DNA of 64,000 bases from Actinomycetota bacterium (GTDB taxonomy: Bacteria > Actinomycetota > Aquicultoria > UBA3085 > Oleimmundimicrobiaceae). The stretch lies in NCBI GenBank assembly GCA_030017835.1, contig JASEGU010000001.1, forward strand, positions 24,341 through 88,340. Reading direction: 5' to 3'. The notes beneath the pieces were generated by a model, which ran no database searches, was not told where the DNA came from, and was given only the letters and a program-made list of their open reading frames with translations. Positions 1 through 10,140 of this stretch are shown here, one piece after another. The first letter of the stretch is position 1. Each line of letters begins with the position of its first letter. Made by a program: the position numbers and the translations under genes.

Positions 1-254
1 GGTATTTTTATTCAAATTTATTAATTTTTGGATTAAATGTTAAAAACTCATAAAAAACCCGCCCAAGGTTTGTCACATTCAGTTCTGTCCTCTTGCAAAA
101 AGGGATGGTGGTTTTAAGTTACGCCCCCTTTAAGTCGATTTCCCAAAAGAGATATTTGGCTTTAAAATTGATAATGTTTACAACGATAAGCTTGCTCTGT
201 CATGATGGACTCTTTGGGCTTTGCTTAAGTATAAGCTTAAATTGGAGTAGTTAA

Positions 255-1388
255 TTGGGCCTCTTTGGGATCAAAGCTTCAAAAAAACCGGTCGGTCTGG
301 ATATCGGAAGCAAACACATACGGGTGGTTGAGATGGGCCGCTCTCATGGCAGGCCCGCCATATCTCGCTATGGAATGATAGACATACCTCCCGGCGTGAT
401 GGTTGAGGGCGAAATAACCGACGTCAATGCCATGGCAGAACTTTTAAAAGAGCTCTGGAAGAAGGCCAAGATCTCTCAGAGCGAAGTCCACCTTGGGGTG
501 GCCAATCAGAAGGTGATCGCAAGGCTCATCGAATTTCCGCTTATGACTCGAGATGAGCTTGAGGGGGCGATTGAGTTTCAGGCCCAAGAGTTTATTCCGA
601 TACCCTTGGAAGAGGCAGTCCTCGACTTCGAGATCTTAGGCGAGGTCACCACCGAAGAGGGCGAACGTAAAGTCGAGATTCTTCTGGTCGCGGCTCAAAA
701 AGACATGGTCTACCGTCATGTGGAGGCTCTGGAGAAGGCCGGCTTAAAACCGATAGCCGTCGATTTATCCTCGCTCGCCATAGCCAGAGCAAATCTCTAT
801 GGCGGCCAGGCTTCCCCTGAGTCCGAAAGCCAGCCTCAGGCGATAACCGCATTCATAAACATAGAATCCGGTCTAACCAACATAGTCATAGCCGAAAATG
901 ATAAGGTCAGGTTCACTCGCGTCTCGGGACTTGCCGGTGACGATTTCTCTCAGAAGGTGGCCGACCTCTTAGTCATTCCGCTCTCTCAGGCGAAAAAACT
1001 CAAAGCAGAAATCGGTCTCTCACCCAATCCGGACGAGAAACTAGGTGACGTTTTGCCCGAATACGTCGATGATATGGATAGGGTCAAGTTGGTCAGAGAA
1101 ATACTGATCCAAGAGGCGGAGAGGTTCGTCAATGAGATCAAGCGCTCCTTCAATTTCTATCTCACCCAGACCGGCGGCAAAGTGGTAAATAGGGTCGTTT
1201 TGACGGGCGGTGGCTCGGTCTTTAGAAATCTCGATTTATTCATGAGTCAGGCCCTCGGCATCACGACGGTGTTTGGCAAATTTTTAGATCGCTTTGCGGT
1301 TAGAGACCCCCGCTTAAAGCAGGATGTAGAGAAGGATGAACCCTCGCTGGCCGTAAGCATCGGCCTGGCTTTAAGGGAGTTTGAGTAA
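255..1388 (+). CDS. pilM: Type IV pilus assembly protein PilM (actin-like ATPase fold)
   Basis: Its N-terminus matches the PilM start (GLFG..VGLDIGS..IRVVE) and it is 377 aa. It is directly followed by pilN and pilO. TTG start with a GGAG-like SD upstream. Confidence 0.8.
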   Translation: MGLFGIKASKKPVGLDIGSKHIRVVEMGRSHGRPAISRYGMIDIPPGVMVEGEITDVNAMAELLKELWKKAKISQSEVHLGVANQKVIARLIEFPLMTRDELEGAIEFQAQEFIPIPLEEAVLDFEILGEVTTEEGERKVEILLVAAQKDMVYRHVEALEKAGLKPIAVDLSSLAIARANLYGGQASPESESQPQAITAFINIESGLTNIVIAENDKVRFTRVSGLAGDDFSQKVADLLVIPLSQAKKLKAEIGLSPNPDEKLGDVLPEYVDDMDRVKLVREILIQEAERFVNEIKRSFNFYLTQTGGKVVNRVVLTGGGSVFRNLDLFMSQALGITTVFGKFLDRFAVRDPRLKQDVEKDEPSLAVSIGLALREFE

Positions 1389-1981
1389 TGGCCATCAACC
1401 TTTTGCTCAGAGATATCCAGGAAAAGAGGCGCAAAGAGAGACAGGTTGGCTCAATGATGCTTGGGGCGACCAGCTTGATTTTTGTTATGGTCGTAACCTA
1501 TGTTGTCCTATATATGGTTATTCAGCGGGAAGAGGCCGACCTTGCCGGGTTAAACAGGGATCTCACCACGATAAATGAAGAGATAGTAACCTATAAGCAA
1601 TTTGAGGAGAGAAAGACTGAATTTGACAATAGGAATTCCTTGGTCGAAGTCTCCATTGCCGGCGAACTGGCCTTAGATAAGATGCTAAATGAGGTCAGCA
1701 TGATCATTCCTACCAACGTCTGGTTGACGTCATTAAATTTGGGCTATGAGGGTGGGTTTGAGGTATCCGGCTACACCTATGACTTTCCATCCGTCGCCCA
1801 ATGGCTGATCATGAACGACAAGATGAAATTGCTCGAAGATATATGGCTAAATAACGCGGCCAAGACAGATTACGAAGGAAACGAGATGGTTCAGTTCTCC
1901 TCCAAGGCCCGCGTCCCGTTCTCTAAAGCGGAAGAATCCGCCAAGCAGAGTCCTCAGGGCGAAGGGGGTGGCAGTCAGTGA
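1388..1981 (+). CDS. pilN: Type IV pilus assembly protein PilN
   Basis: It has a short cytoplasmic N-terminus, a single TM helix and a coiled-coil/periplasmic domain. It sits immediately after pilM with an overlapping stop/start (TAATG). Confidence 0.75.
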   Translation: MAINLLLRDIQEKRRKERQVGSMMLGATSLIFVMVVTYVVLYMVIQREEADLAGLNRDLTTINEEIVTYKQFEERKTEFDNRNSLVEVSIAGELALDKMLNEVSMIIPTNVWLTSLNLGYEGGFEVSGYTYDFPSVAQWLIMNDKMKLLEDIWLNNAAKTDYEGNEMVQFSSKARVPFSKAEESAKQSPQGEGGGSQ

Positions 1982-2568
1982 ACCTTAAGATTTCACCAAG
2001 GGAGCAACTTATGCTAATTGCCGCTTCAGCCTTTCTCCTTCTCGTCTTGTTCGGCTTCTTTGTGGTCTATCCAAATGTCTCCAAGATAATCCAGCTAAAC
2101 GGGGAACAGGATAACGTCTCAAGGGAGTTGAGTTCAGCCGAGGCGACCCTAACTCGCCTGAAAGCCCTTAAGCGGGACGCCTCCAAACTCGAAGCTGATC
2201 TGGCAAAACTTAAGATCAGGCTCCCTGATGAATCTGAGATACCGACTCTGATAATAGACGTCAACAAGATCGCCAAGGATGCAGGCATAGAGTTCATTCA
2301 GGTCGCCCAGAGTGAGTGGGTGGGGGGTGAGGGTTATACGGAGATACCGCTCAACATCACCATGGAGGGTCGCTACTTCGATATCATAGACTTCCTCTAT
2401 CGTCTCCGTCATCACGCAAGGGAGATAGTGGTGATGAGCATAAACATTGCCGAGGGACCGGACGGGCTGCCTCAGGTATCGGCGACCATCGATGCCAAGA
2501 CCTTCACGCTTAAGGCGCCGCTTAAAGAAGGGGCCGAACAGACTCAGCCCGGAGCAGGGGGAGTCTGA
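1978..2568 (+). CDS. pilO: Type IV pilus assembly protein PilO
   Basis: It has an N-terminal TM helix, a coiled-coil segment and a C-terminal ferredoxin-like region. It lies in the pilMNO gene order. GTG start overlaps the pilN stop. Confidence 0.7.
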   Translation: MNLKISPREQLMLIAASAFLLLVLFGFFVVYPNVSKIIQLNGEQDNVSRELSSAEATLTRLKALKRDASKLEADLAKLKIRLPDESEIPTLIIDVNKIAKDAGIEFIQVAQSEWVGGEGYTEIPLNITMEGRYFDIIDFLYRLRHHAREIVVMSINIAEGPDGLPQVSATIDAKTFTLKAPLKEGAEQTQPGAGGV

Positions 2569-2570
2569 CA

Positions 2571-3098
2571 TTGGATGCGCTCAAAGCTTTTCTCAAAACC
2601 AGAGTTGGTCAACTCGCGGTCGCTATGGTCGTCCTCGGTCTGATGCTGGGGGCTTTACTTGTAGGTCCACAAATCATGGATATGTTAAATCCATCCTCCG
2701 ATGTGCCCGATGTTACAAGGACCACCACCTCGACGGCTGATCAAGACGAGACCAAGACCGAAGAGACCCTGGTTGACGCAACCGATAAGTATGATATCTA
2801 TGAGTCCAAAGATCCTTTTAAACCCCTGATCAAGGCGGCTACTCCCGGCGACGACGCCGACGGCACCGATGGAACCGGCGGAACTAGCTCGAATGCCTTG
2901 GTTGTTGAGAGCATAGTTTTGGAGAACGGAATCTACTACGCCAACATAACCTACGGGGGGACGTCCCATAAGGTCAAAGACGGCGACAGGGTGGGGACAT
3001 CTCCCTATGAGGTCGTCTCGATAACGGCGGATAGGGTACTTCTTCTATACGGCGACGAAGCGACGCCAGCCACCCCCGGCGAAGAGATAATAAAGTAA
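2571..3098 (+). CDS. PilP-like pilus assembly protein (membrane-anchored, T/D/G-rich linker, DPF motif, C-terminal beta domain)
   Basis: It has an N-terminal TM helix, a low-complexity T/D/G-rich linker and a DPFKPL motif resembling the conserved PilP (R/N)DPF motif. It is the fourth gene of the pilMNO cluster. Confidence 0.5.
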   Translation: MDALKAFLKTRVGQLAVAMVVLGLMLGALLVGPQIMDMLNPSSDVPDVTRTTTSTADQDETKTEETLVDATDKYDIYESKDPFKPLIKAATPGDDADGTDGTGGTSSNALVVESIVLENGIYYANITYGGTSHKVKDGDRVGTSPYEVVSITADRVLLLYGDEATPATPGEEIIK

Positions 3099-3125
3099 TG
3101 CCCCTTTGCAAAGAAAGGAACCCCA

Positions 3126-3165
3126 GGCGACCGTTAGTTTGGCGCCTTTTTCTTCATCTGAATTT
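3126..3165 (+). terminator. Possible weak terminator/attenuator after pilMNOP (AGGCG-13 nt loop-CGCCU + U-rich)
   Basis: It has a short 5-bp stem with a large loop followed by UUUUUCUUC. It lies between the pilP-like gene and aroC. Confidence 0.2.
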
Positions 3166-3192
3166 GTGCTCTAACTATTTTGAGGTGGAAAG

Positions 3193-4350
3193 ATGATAAA
3201 ATTTTCAACCGCGGGCGAATCACACGGTCCGGCTCTTGTGACGATAGTCGAAGGGGTTCCGGCCGGCCTTTCAATCAAAATAGATTCTATAAACTTCGAG
3301 CTCAAGCGGAGAAAGCTAGGCTATGGCCGTGGCGGACGGATGGATATCGAGACCGATAAAGCGGTGATCCTTTCGGGCGTCCGCCACGCAAGGAGCCTGG
3401 GAAGTCCGATTGCCCTAATGATAGAGAATCTCGACCACAAGAACTGGTCGACCCTGATGGCGACCGACGAGGTTAGCAAGGAAGCAGAAAGGATCACCGC
3501 GGCCCGGCCGGGCCACGCGGATCTTGCCGGCATGATGAAGATGGGTCTCTTTGACGTGCGCGACGTCTTGGAGAGGGCGAGTGCGCGCGAGACGGCGGCC
3601 AGGGTTGCGGCCGGCGCCATCTTCAAGCTAATACTGAAGGAGCTTGGCATCGAAGTATTGAGCCACGTTGTTAGCATAGGCAGAGTCGAGTCTAAGCCTG
3701 AAAGGCTTCCTGTGCCGAAGGATTTGGAAGCGATAGACGCCTCTCCCGTCCGCTCCTTCTCGCCCAAAGACGAGAAGGCCATGATTGAGGAGATTGAGCG
3801 CGCCAAAGATGCGGGCCACTCCGTTGGCGGTATTTTCGAGGTCTTAGCCTATGGGGCGCCGCCTGGTCTTGGCGGCTATCAATCTTTTACCGAACGCCTG
3901 GACGCAAGACTGGCCTCGGCCGTCATGTCGATTCCGGCCATAAAGGGAGTCGAATTTGGACGAGGCTTTGAGTTGGCTCATCTGCCCGGAGATGAAGCCC
4001 ACGATGAGATATTCCACGATAAAGTGAGGGGCTTCTTCAGGAAGACCAACTTTGCTGGCGGTCTGGAGGGCGGCATGACCAATGGGGAGACGCTTATCTT
4101 GCGGGCGGCCATGAAGCCGATACCGACCCTTGTCAAACCGCTTAAGACGGTGGACATAGTAAGCAAGGAAGAGAAAGAGGCGCTTAAAGAGCGCTCGGAC
4201 GTCTGCGCCGTTGCCGCCGCCGCCGTGGTAGCCGAATCTATGGTTGCCTTTGAAATCGCGCGGGCCGCTTTGGAAAAGTTCGGCGGCGATTCTCTGTCCG
4301 ATCTTAAGGTCAACTACCGCTCTTACCTTAAGAGGATTGGAAGCATCTAA
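3193..4350 (+). CDS. aroC: Chorismate synthase
   Basis: It carries the typical AroC N-terminus (FSTAGESHGPAL..EGVPAG) and is 385 aa. A good SD (GAGGTGGAAAG) precedes the ATG. Confidence 0.9.
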   Translation: MIKFSTAGESHGPALVTIVEGVPAGLSIKIDSINFELKRRKLGYGRGGRMDIETDKAVILSGVRHARSLGSPIALMIENLDHKNWSTLMATDEVSKEAERITAARPGHADLAGMMKMGLFDVRDVLERASARETAARVAAGAIFKLILKELGIEVLSHVVSIGRVESKPERLPVPKDLEAIDASPVRSFSPKDEKAMIEEIERAKDAGHSVGGIFEVLAYGAPPGLGGYQSFTERLDARLASAVMSIPAIKGVEFGRGFELAHLPGDEAHDEIFHDKVRGFFRKTNFAGGLEGGMTNGETLILRAAMKPIPTLVKPLKTVDIVSKEEKEALKERSDVCAVAAAAVVAESMVAFEIARAALEKFGGDSLSDLKVNYRSYLKRIGSI

Positions 4351-4397
4351 AACGACTAGCCCGTTATCTATATGCGCATTTTAAAGGGGCCACAAAA

Positions 4398-4898
4398 TTG
4401 AAGAATATCATCCTGATCGGTTTCATGGGCTCTGGTAAGAGCACGGTCGGAAAGCTGCTGGCAAAAGACCTTAAAGCCCGGTTTATCGACCTAGATGAAG
4501 AGATAGAAAAACGTGAAAGAAGGAGCATAAAGAGCATTTTTATGAGCGATGGCGAGGAGGCCTTCAGAAAGCTTGAGGCAGAGATGGTGGGAGAGGCCTC
4601 GGCTCTTAAGGGACGCGTGATAGCTTGCGGCGGCGGCGTTGTCATCGACAAAAATAATGTCGAGCGCCTCAAAGGGAGCGGCGTCTTGATCTATCTCAAG
4701 GCCGATCTTGATACCTTGATCGAAAGGGCCACCAGGACCTCTCACCGTCCCCTGCTTGAGGGTGACGACCCCAAGGAGAAGGCGCGCTCTCTTCTTGAAA
4801 CTAGAGAACCCCTTTATGAGGCGGCCGCGGACAGGGTTATCAATACTTCCGGCCTCAGCCTGGATGAAGTCGTTTTAAGTATCAAGGAAGTCATATGA
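4398..4898 (+). CDS. aroK: Shikimate kinase
   Basis: It has the P-loop GFMGSGKST and is 166 aa. TTG start; it lies in an aro gene cluster. Confidence 0.85.
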   Translation: MKNIILIGFMGSGKSTVGKLLAKDLKARFIDLDEEIEKRERRSIKSIFMSDGEEAFRKLEAEMVGEASALKGRVIACGGGVVIDKNNVERLKGSGVLIYLKADLDTLIERATRTSHRPLLEGDDPKEKARSLLETREPLYEAAADRVINTSGLSLDEVVLSIKEVI

Positions 4899-5977
4899 GC
4901 GAACAGAGACGGGTAAGGGTCAATCTGAGATCGAAAAGCTATGACATATTGATTGGCTCCGGAACGCTTGAAGAGATCGGTCGTCATTTGCCCTTATTAA
5001 CCTCGTCGAAAAGGGCCTTTCTAATTAGCAATCCGACGGTTTTTGAAATATACGGCCCGCGGGTCTTGGGCAATTTAAAGGCCGCTGGCTTTGAGGTCAT
5101 ATCGCTAAATGTCGAAGAGGGCGAGGAGACGAAGTCTCTCGAATCGGCCGCTTATCTCTACGGCGAATTGGTCGAGAACCTCGCCAACCGCAGGGACCCG
5201 GTCATAGCGCTTGGCGGCGGCGTCATCGGGGATCTGGCTGGCTTTGTGGCCGCGACGTTCATGCGGGGCATGCCCTTCATCCAGGTACCCACCACCCTCT
5301 TATCCCAGGTCGATAGCAGCGTAGGCGGCAAGACGGCCGTCAACTTGCCCGAGGCCAAAAATATGGTTGGCGTCTTCTACCAGCCAAAACTCGTCCTGAT
5401 CGATACGGATACCCTAAAAAGTCTGGACCCAAGGGAGCTCAAAGCTGGTTTTGCCGAGGTCATCAAGTGCGGTTTCTTGATTGGAAACGATTTTTTATCT
5501 TTTCTGGAAGATGAGATGGATCGGATCTTTGCCCTTGACGAAGTTGCGGTCTCTAAGGTGATCGAGACCTGCTGCAATTTTAAGGCAAGAGTCGTCGAAG
5601 AGGATGAGGAGGATTTTGGCAAAAGAGCCATCCTAAACTACGGTCACACCATCGGACACGCTCTGGAATCGCTCTTCGGTTTTGCCAAATATAGACACGG
5701 CGAAGCGATAGCGGTCGGGATGGTTTGCGCGGCCAAAATATCGCACAGGTTGGGACTTCTGGATGAAGAGTCGCTTGAACGCCACATAAGGATAATCTCG
5801 AAAGCCAGTCTCGAATATGAGCTTCCCAAGATATCGGCCGATCAGCTAATTCGTCAGATTATGTTGGATAAAAAGGGCGAGAGGGCAGAGGTCAACTTCA
5901 TTTTGCTGGAAAAGGCGGGCAAGCCGATCATTAAGAGACTGAAGATCGCTGAAGCGGTAGCTCTTTTGGAAATTTAG
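4895..5977 (+). CDS. aroB: 3-dehydroquinate synthase
   Basis: It is 360 aa and carries AroB motifs (GGGVIGDLAGFVAATFMRG, GHT.GHA). The start overlaps the aroK stop. Confidence 0.85.
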   Translation: MSEQRRVRVNLRSKSYDILIGSGTLEEIGRHLPLLTSSKRAFLISNPTVFEIYGPRVLGNLKAAGFEVISLNVEEGEETKSLESAAYLYGELVENLANRRDPVIALGGGVIGDLAGFVAATFMRGMPFIQVPTTLLSQVDSSVGGKTAVNLPEAKNMVGVFYQPKLVLIDTDTLKSLDPRELKAGFAEVIKCGFLIGNDFLSFLEDEMDRIFALDEVAVSKVIETCCNFKARVVEEDEEDFGKRAILNYGHTIGHALESLFGFAKYRHGEAIAVGMVCAAKISHRLGLLDEESLERHIRIISKASLEYELPKISADQLIRQIMLDKKGERAEVNFILLEKAGKPIIKRLKIAEAVALLEI

Positions 5978-6073
5978 CGGCTATCATATTTTTGGATTGT
6001 TCAAATTCCACCAACTGTTATAAAATCTTGAATTAAGCTTTACAAATCAATCTCGGGCAAACAGGGAAACAAG

Positions 6074-6511
6074 ATGAAGAAGATAATTGTCATAAACGGG
6101 CCGAATTTGAATCTTCTGGGCCAGCGCGAAGTTGAGACTTACGGGCGGATGAATCTTAAAGAGCTCTCGGCTCAGCTCGCAGAGATCGCTAAAAACCATG
6201 GCTCTATGATCGACTTTTTCCAATCCAACCATGAAGGCGAGATAGTCGATAAGATTCAGAGCTCAAAGGGAGAGTATGATCTCGCAATAATCAATCCGGC
6301 CGCTTTTACCCATTACAGCATCGCCATCCGCGACGCCATAGCCTCAATCGATCTTCCAGTCATCGAAGTCCACCTCTCAAATATCTATGCCCGAGAGGAG
6401 TTCCGGGAAAAATCGGTCATCGCTCCCGTCTGCGTGGGGCAGATATCCGGCCTTGGGCCATTCAGCTACGTGGCCGCTCTTCTGGCCGCTATTGATATGC
6501 TCAAAAGCTAA
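6074..6511 (+). CDS. aroQ: 3-dehydroquinate dehydratase, type II
   Basis: It starts with the type II DHQase signature (IVINGPNLNLLGQRE) and is 145 aa. Confidence 0.9.
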   Translation: MKKIIVINGPNLNLLGQREVETYGRMNLKELSAQLAEIAKNHGSMIDFFQSNHEGEIVDKIQSSKGEYDLAIINPAAFTHYSIAIRDAIASIDLPVIEVHLSNIYAREEFREKSVIAPVCVGQISGLGPFSYVAALLAAIDMLKS

Positions 6512-6535
6512 TTGTGGGGGTAACTTAAGATAGAT

Positions 6536-7597
6536 TTGCGTCTGTCCCGAATAGAAAAGACTCTAGCAGAGAAACAGCTCGACATCTTCCTCATCACTAA
6601 ACCTGAAAACATCTTCTATTTAACCGGCTTCTTTGGTTCAAGTGGAATCTTCTTAATTGGCGGCAAGGGCGCCCATCTTTTGGTAGATTTTCGCTATCTT
6701 GAAGATGCAAAGGAGAAGATAGGCGACCGTCCAATCGAGATCAACCTGGTCAAAGATGGCTATATAGACTCCCTTGCGCATCTGATCTCTAATGGCAAGA
6801 GGCTCGGCTATGAGGCGGATCATCTGACCGTTGCGAAATATAGGGGGTTGAAAGAGAGGCTCTCACAAGCTGAACTCGTTTCGACTCAAGGAGTAATAGA
6901 GGGTTTTCGTCAAGTTAAAGACGAGAGCGAGATAGAGAAGATCACTGAAGCAGCCGCCATAACCGACCTCGTATTTCAAGATATCATAGGTCAAATCGGG
7001 CCGGGCGCAACCGAAAGAGGGGTGGCGGCCACAATTGAGCAACTGATAAGAGCCCGCGGCGGCGAGAGGGCCGCCTTCGATGTAATCGTGGCGAGTGGAC
7101 CCAACTCTGCCCGGCCCCATGCTGCGGTTACCTCAAGGAGGCTTGCCCGCGGCGACTTTGTAAAATTGGATTTTGGAGCCGCCATCGGCGGTTATTGTTC
7201 CGACATGACAAGGATGGTCCATCTGGGGCCAGCCTCGAATGAGGAGAGGGATATCTATGAACTCGCCCGCCGGGCCCAAGAGACGGCCTTAAGCTCAATA
7301 AGGGCGAAGATGAGCGAGAGGGAGGCCGACGCCACCTCTCGCGGTATCATAATTGCGGCCGGCTTTGGTGATAATTTTGCACACGGCCTCGGCCATGGCG
7401 TCGGCCTCGAGATACATGAAAGGCCCACGCTCTCTCCAAAGGGGGATAAAACCCTAGAAGAGGGGATGGTCTTTACGATAGAGCCGGCAATCTACTTTGA
7501 GGGGAGATTTGGAGTGCGCATAGAGGATACCGTACTTCTTGAAGGCGGCGGCATTAAGCCTTTAAATAAGGTGCCCAAAGAGCTGATCGAGATTTAA
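6536..7597 (+). CDS. pepP: Xaa-Pro aminopeptidase (M24 family)
   Basis: It has a creatinase-like N-terminal domain and the M24 C-terminal metal-ligand region (HGLGHGVGLEIHE). TTG start. It occupies the position conserved after aroQ in Bacillus and Mycobacterium. Confidence 0.8.
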   Translation: MRLSRIEKTLAEKQLDIFLITKPENIFYLTGFFGSSGIFLIGGKGAHLLVDFRYLEDAKEKIGDRPIEINLVKDGYIDSLAHLISNGKRLGYEADHLTVAKYRGLKERLSQAELVSTQGVIEGFRQVKDESEIEKITEAAAITDLVFQDIIGQIGPGATERGVAATIEQLIRARGGERAAFDVIVASGPNSARPHAAVTSRRLARGDFVKLDFGAAIGGYCSDMTRMVHLGPASNEERDIYELARRAQETALSSIRAKMSEREADATSRGIIIAAGFGDNFAHGLGHGVGLEIHERPTLSPKGDKTLEEGMVFTIEPAIYFEGRFGVRIEDTVLLEGGGIKPLNKVPKELIEI

Positions 7598-7643
7598 ATA
7601 GCCCGCAAAATTCTATCGATTTAAACATGAGCAAAGGAGCCAG

Positions 7644-8201
7644 GTGATTACCACAAATCAATTCAAGACCGGAATGACCATCGACATCGACGGAACCCTA
7701 TACGGGATAGTCAATTTTCAACACGTAAAGCCGGGCAAGGGCGGCGCCTTTGTCCGGACCAAGCTCAAGAACATAATGACTGGAGCGGTCATCGATAAGA
7801 CCTTTCGAGCCGGCGAAAAGGTCGAGCAGGCCCACTTGGAGGGCAAGCGTATGCAGTTTCTATACAACGATGATGATACCTATCACTTCATGGATAGCGA
7901 GACTTACGATCAATTCACTCTCTCCAAGGAGGAGATGGGTGATGCGACTCTCTATCTCAAAGAGAACATGGAGGCCCACATAACCATGTTCGAGGGGAAA
8001 CCGATCGGCATAGAGCCTCCAATTTTCGTCGAGCTTGAGGTGGTAGAGACCGAACCCGGCATAAAGGGGGATACCGTAAGCGGTGGGACCAAGTCGGCCA
8101 CTTTGGAGACCGGGGTCGTCGTTCAGGTTCCTCTCTTCATAAGCGTCGGCGATGTCGTCAAGGTGGACACGCGGACAGCAGCCTATATAACCAGGGTGTA
8201 A
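7644..8201 (+). CDS. efp: Elongation factor P
   Basis: It is 185 aa and carries the EF-P N-terminal signature ([29 protein letters not shown]). GTG start with an AAAGGAG SD. Confidence 0.9.
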   Translation: MITTNQFKTGMTIDIDGTLYGIVNFQHVKPGKGGAFVRTKLKNIMTGAVIDKTFRAGEKVEQAHLEGKRMQFLYNDDDTYHFMDSETYDQFTLSKEEMGDATLYLKENMEAHITMFEGKPIGIEPPIFVELEVVETEPGIKGDTVSGGTKSATLETGVVVQVPLFISVGDVVKVDTRTAAYITRV

Positions 8202-8266
8202 TCGGCTTTCGAAAACGGCATCGATAAAGTATAATTTATCCTCGACGAATTCAGAGAAGGGACCAG

Positions 8267-10117
8267 ATGAGAGAGAAACCTATCGCCATAACCGATACCA
8301 CCATCAGGGATGCGCATCAGTCACTCTGGGCCACCAGGATGAAGACAGAGGATATGGTGCCCATCCTCGAGAGGATGGATAAGGTCGGCTATCACTCTCT
8401 GGAGGCTTGGGGAGGAGCGACCTTTGATGCTCCTTTGCGCTTTCTGGACGAGAACCCCTGGGAGCGACTTCGCACCATCAAGAAGCATGTCAGAAATACC
8501 CCGCTTCAGATGTTGCTTAGAGGTCAGAACCTGGTCGGATACCGTCACTATTCTGACGACATAGTCCGCCGATTCGTTCATGTTGCTGCGAAGAACGGGA
8601 TGAATATCTTTAGGAATTTCGATGCCCTAAACGATACCAGGAATCATCAGGTGGCCTGCGAAGCGATCAAAGAGGTCGGCGGCCACGTTCAGGCCGCCGT
8701 CTGTTATACCATTAGCCCCGTTCACACCCTTGAACATTACGTCGAGACAGCGGTAAAGCTGGCCGAGATGGGAGCCGACTCCATATGCATCAAAGATATG
8801 GCGGCACTTCTGTCACCCTACCGCACCTATAATTTGGTCAAAAGGTTCAAGGCCGAGCTCGATATCCCAATCCAACTTCATTGCCACTACATCGGCGGTA
8901 TGGCTCCGATGAATTATTTGAAGGCCATCGAGGCAGGCGTCGATGGCATCGATACCGCAAGTGCTCCTTTAGCCTTTGGAAACTCTCAGCCGGCCGTCGA
9001 GATGATGGTCGCCTCTCTCAAAGATACGGCTTACGACTCTGGGCTAGACCTGGAAAAACTCTACGAGATCGCTGAGTACTGGGAGGATGTTCGCGAGAAG
9101 AAGGGCTTTCAGAGGGGGGTAACCTCCCTTACCCACATGAGGGTCTTTTCTCACCAAGTTCCGGGTGGCATGATATCGAACCTGGTAAGCCAACTTGCCG
9201 AGCAGAAATCGTCCGACCGTCTGCCCGAAGTCTTAGAAGAGATACCCAAGGTCAGAGCCGAAGTCGGTTATCCGCCGCTCGTCACTCCGCTTAGCCAGAT
9301 AGTCGGCACTCAAGCCGTCATCAACGTCCTTAGCGGCAAGCGTTGGGGGATAATACCGGATGAGATGAAGGCATATGTGCGGGGTCATTACGGAAAGCCA
9401 CCAGGGCCGATGTCGCCTGAGATAGAGGACTTGATACTGAAAGGGGAGGAGCGGCTGATCGAAAGGCCCGGCACCCTCATAAGGGAGACCTTTACTCAAT
9501 ATGAAAAGGAGCTTGGAGATCTCGCCCGGAGCGAAGAGGACGTCTTGATGTACGCCCTATTTCCTAAGATTGCCCGGGATTATCTGGAGAGACACAGAGA
9601 AGGCGTCGAAAAGACGGTCTTTCTAACCAGCAGACAAATTCAAGCCGTTAAGGGGGATGAAGCTATGGACATAGATCAGATAAAGGAACTCATAAAAATA
9701 TTTGAGGATAGCGAAGTTGGAGAGCTATCGATCGAAGAGGGCGATACCAAGATTAACCTAAAAAAGAAGGCATCGAGTGGAAGCTTGACAGAGATCGCGT
9801 CACCTCACGAGGCTCAAGAGCGGCCAACCCAGAAAACCGCTGAGCAGATCCCAACGAGAAAAGACTACCCCGACGGCTGGAAAGAGATAAAGTCTCCGAT
9901 GGTGGGAATGTTTTACCTAGCTCCCTCGCCTGATGCCGATCCTTTCGTCAAGGTCGGGGACGAGGTTAGCAAGGGTCAGACCCTCTGCATCCTTGAGGCC
10001 ATGAAGCTTATGAATGAGATAACCATAGAAGAGGATGGGATCATCAGGGAAATCTTGATCGAAAACGCAAAGCCCGTCGAATATGGTCAACCGATCTTTC
10101 TCTATGAGCTGGTCTGA
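8267..10117 (+). CDS. pycB: Pyruvate carboxylase subunit B / oxaloacetate decarboxylase alpha-type carboxyltransferase with C-terminal biotin carboxyl carrier domain
   Basis: It has an N-terminal TIM-barrel carboxyltransferase (5S/HMGL-like) domain ([12 protein letters not shown]). The C-terminal biotinyl domain carries the EAMKLMNEI biotin-attachment motif. It is followed by a biotin carboxylase gene. Confidence 0.75.
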   Translation: MREKPIAITDTTIRDAHQSLWATRMKTEDMVPILERMDKVGYHSLEAWGGATFDAPLRFLDENPWERLRTIKKHVRNTPLQMLLRGQNLVGYRHYSDDIVRRFVHVAAKNGMNIFRNFDALNDTRNHQVACEAIKEVGGHVQAAVCYTISPVHTLEHYVETAVKLAEMGADSICIKDMAALLSPYRTYNLVKRFKAELDIPIQLHCHYIGGMAPMNYLKAIEAGVDGIDTASAPLAFGNSQPAVEMMVASLKDTAYDSGLDLEKLYEIAEYWEDVREKKGFQRGVTSLTHMRVFSHQVPGGMISNLVSQLAEQKSSDRLPEVLEEIPKVRAEVGYPPLVTPLSQIVGTQAVINVLSGKRWGIIPDEMKAYVRGHYGKPPGPMSPEIEDLILKGEERLIERPGTLIRETFTQYEKELGDLARSEEDVLMYALFPKIARDYLERHREGVEKTVFLTSRQIQAVKGDEAMDIDQIKELIKIFEDSEVGELSIEEGDTKINLKKKASSGSLTEIASPHEAQERPTQKTAEQIPTRKDYPDGWKEIKSPMVGMFYLAPSPDADPFVKVGDEVSKGQTLCILEAMKLMNEITIEEDGIIREILIENAKPVEYGQPIFLYELV

Positions 10118-10140
10118 TATGGATCACGAAGGGATAAACC

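Noticed and set aside
1381-1578. 65-aa ORF overlapping pilN start in another frame
   Set aside because: It is fully embedded in pilN with an Arg/Gly-rich composition and has no independent signals.
2447-2740. 97-aa Arg-rich ORF (MPRDRTGCLRYRRPSMPRPSRLRRRL...) overlapping pilO/pilP junction
   Set aside because: It is an alternative-frame artefact across a GC-rich region. Its composition is non-protein-like and it has no signals.
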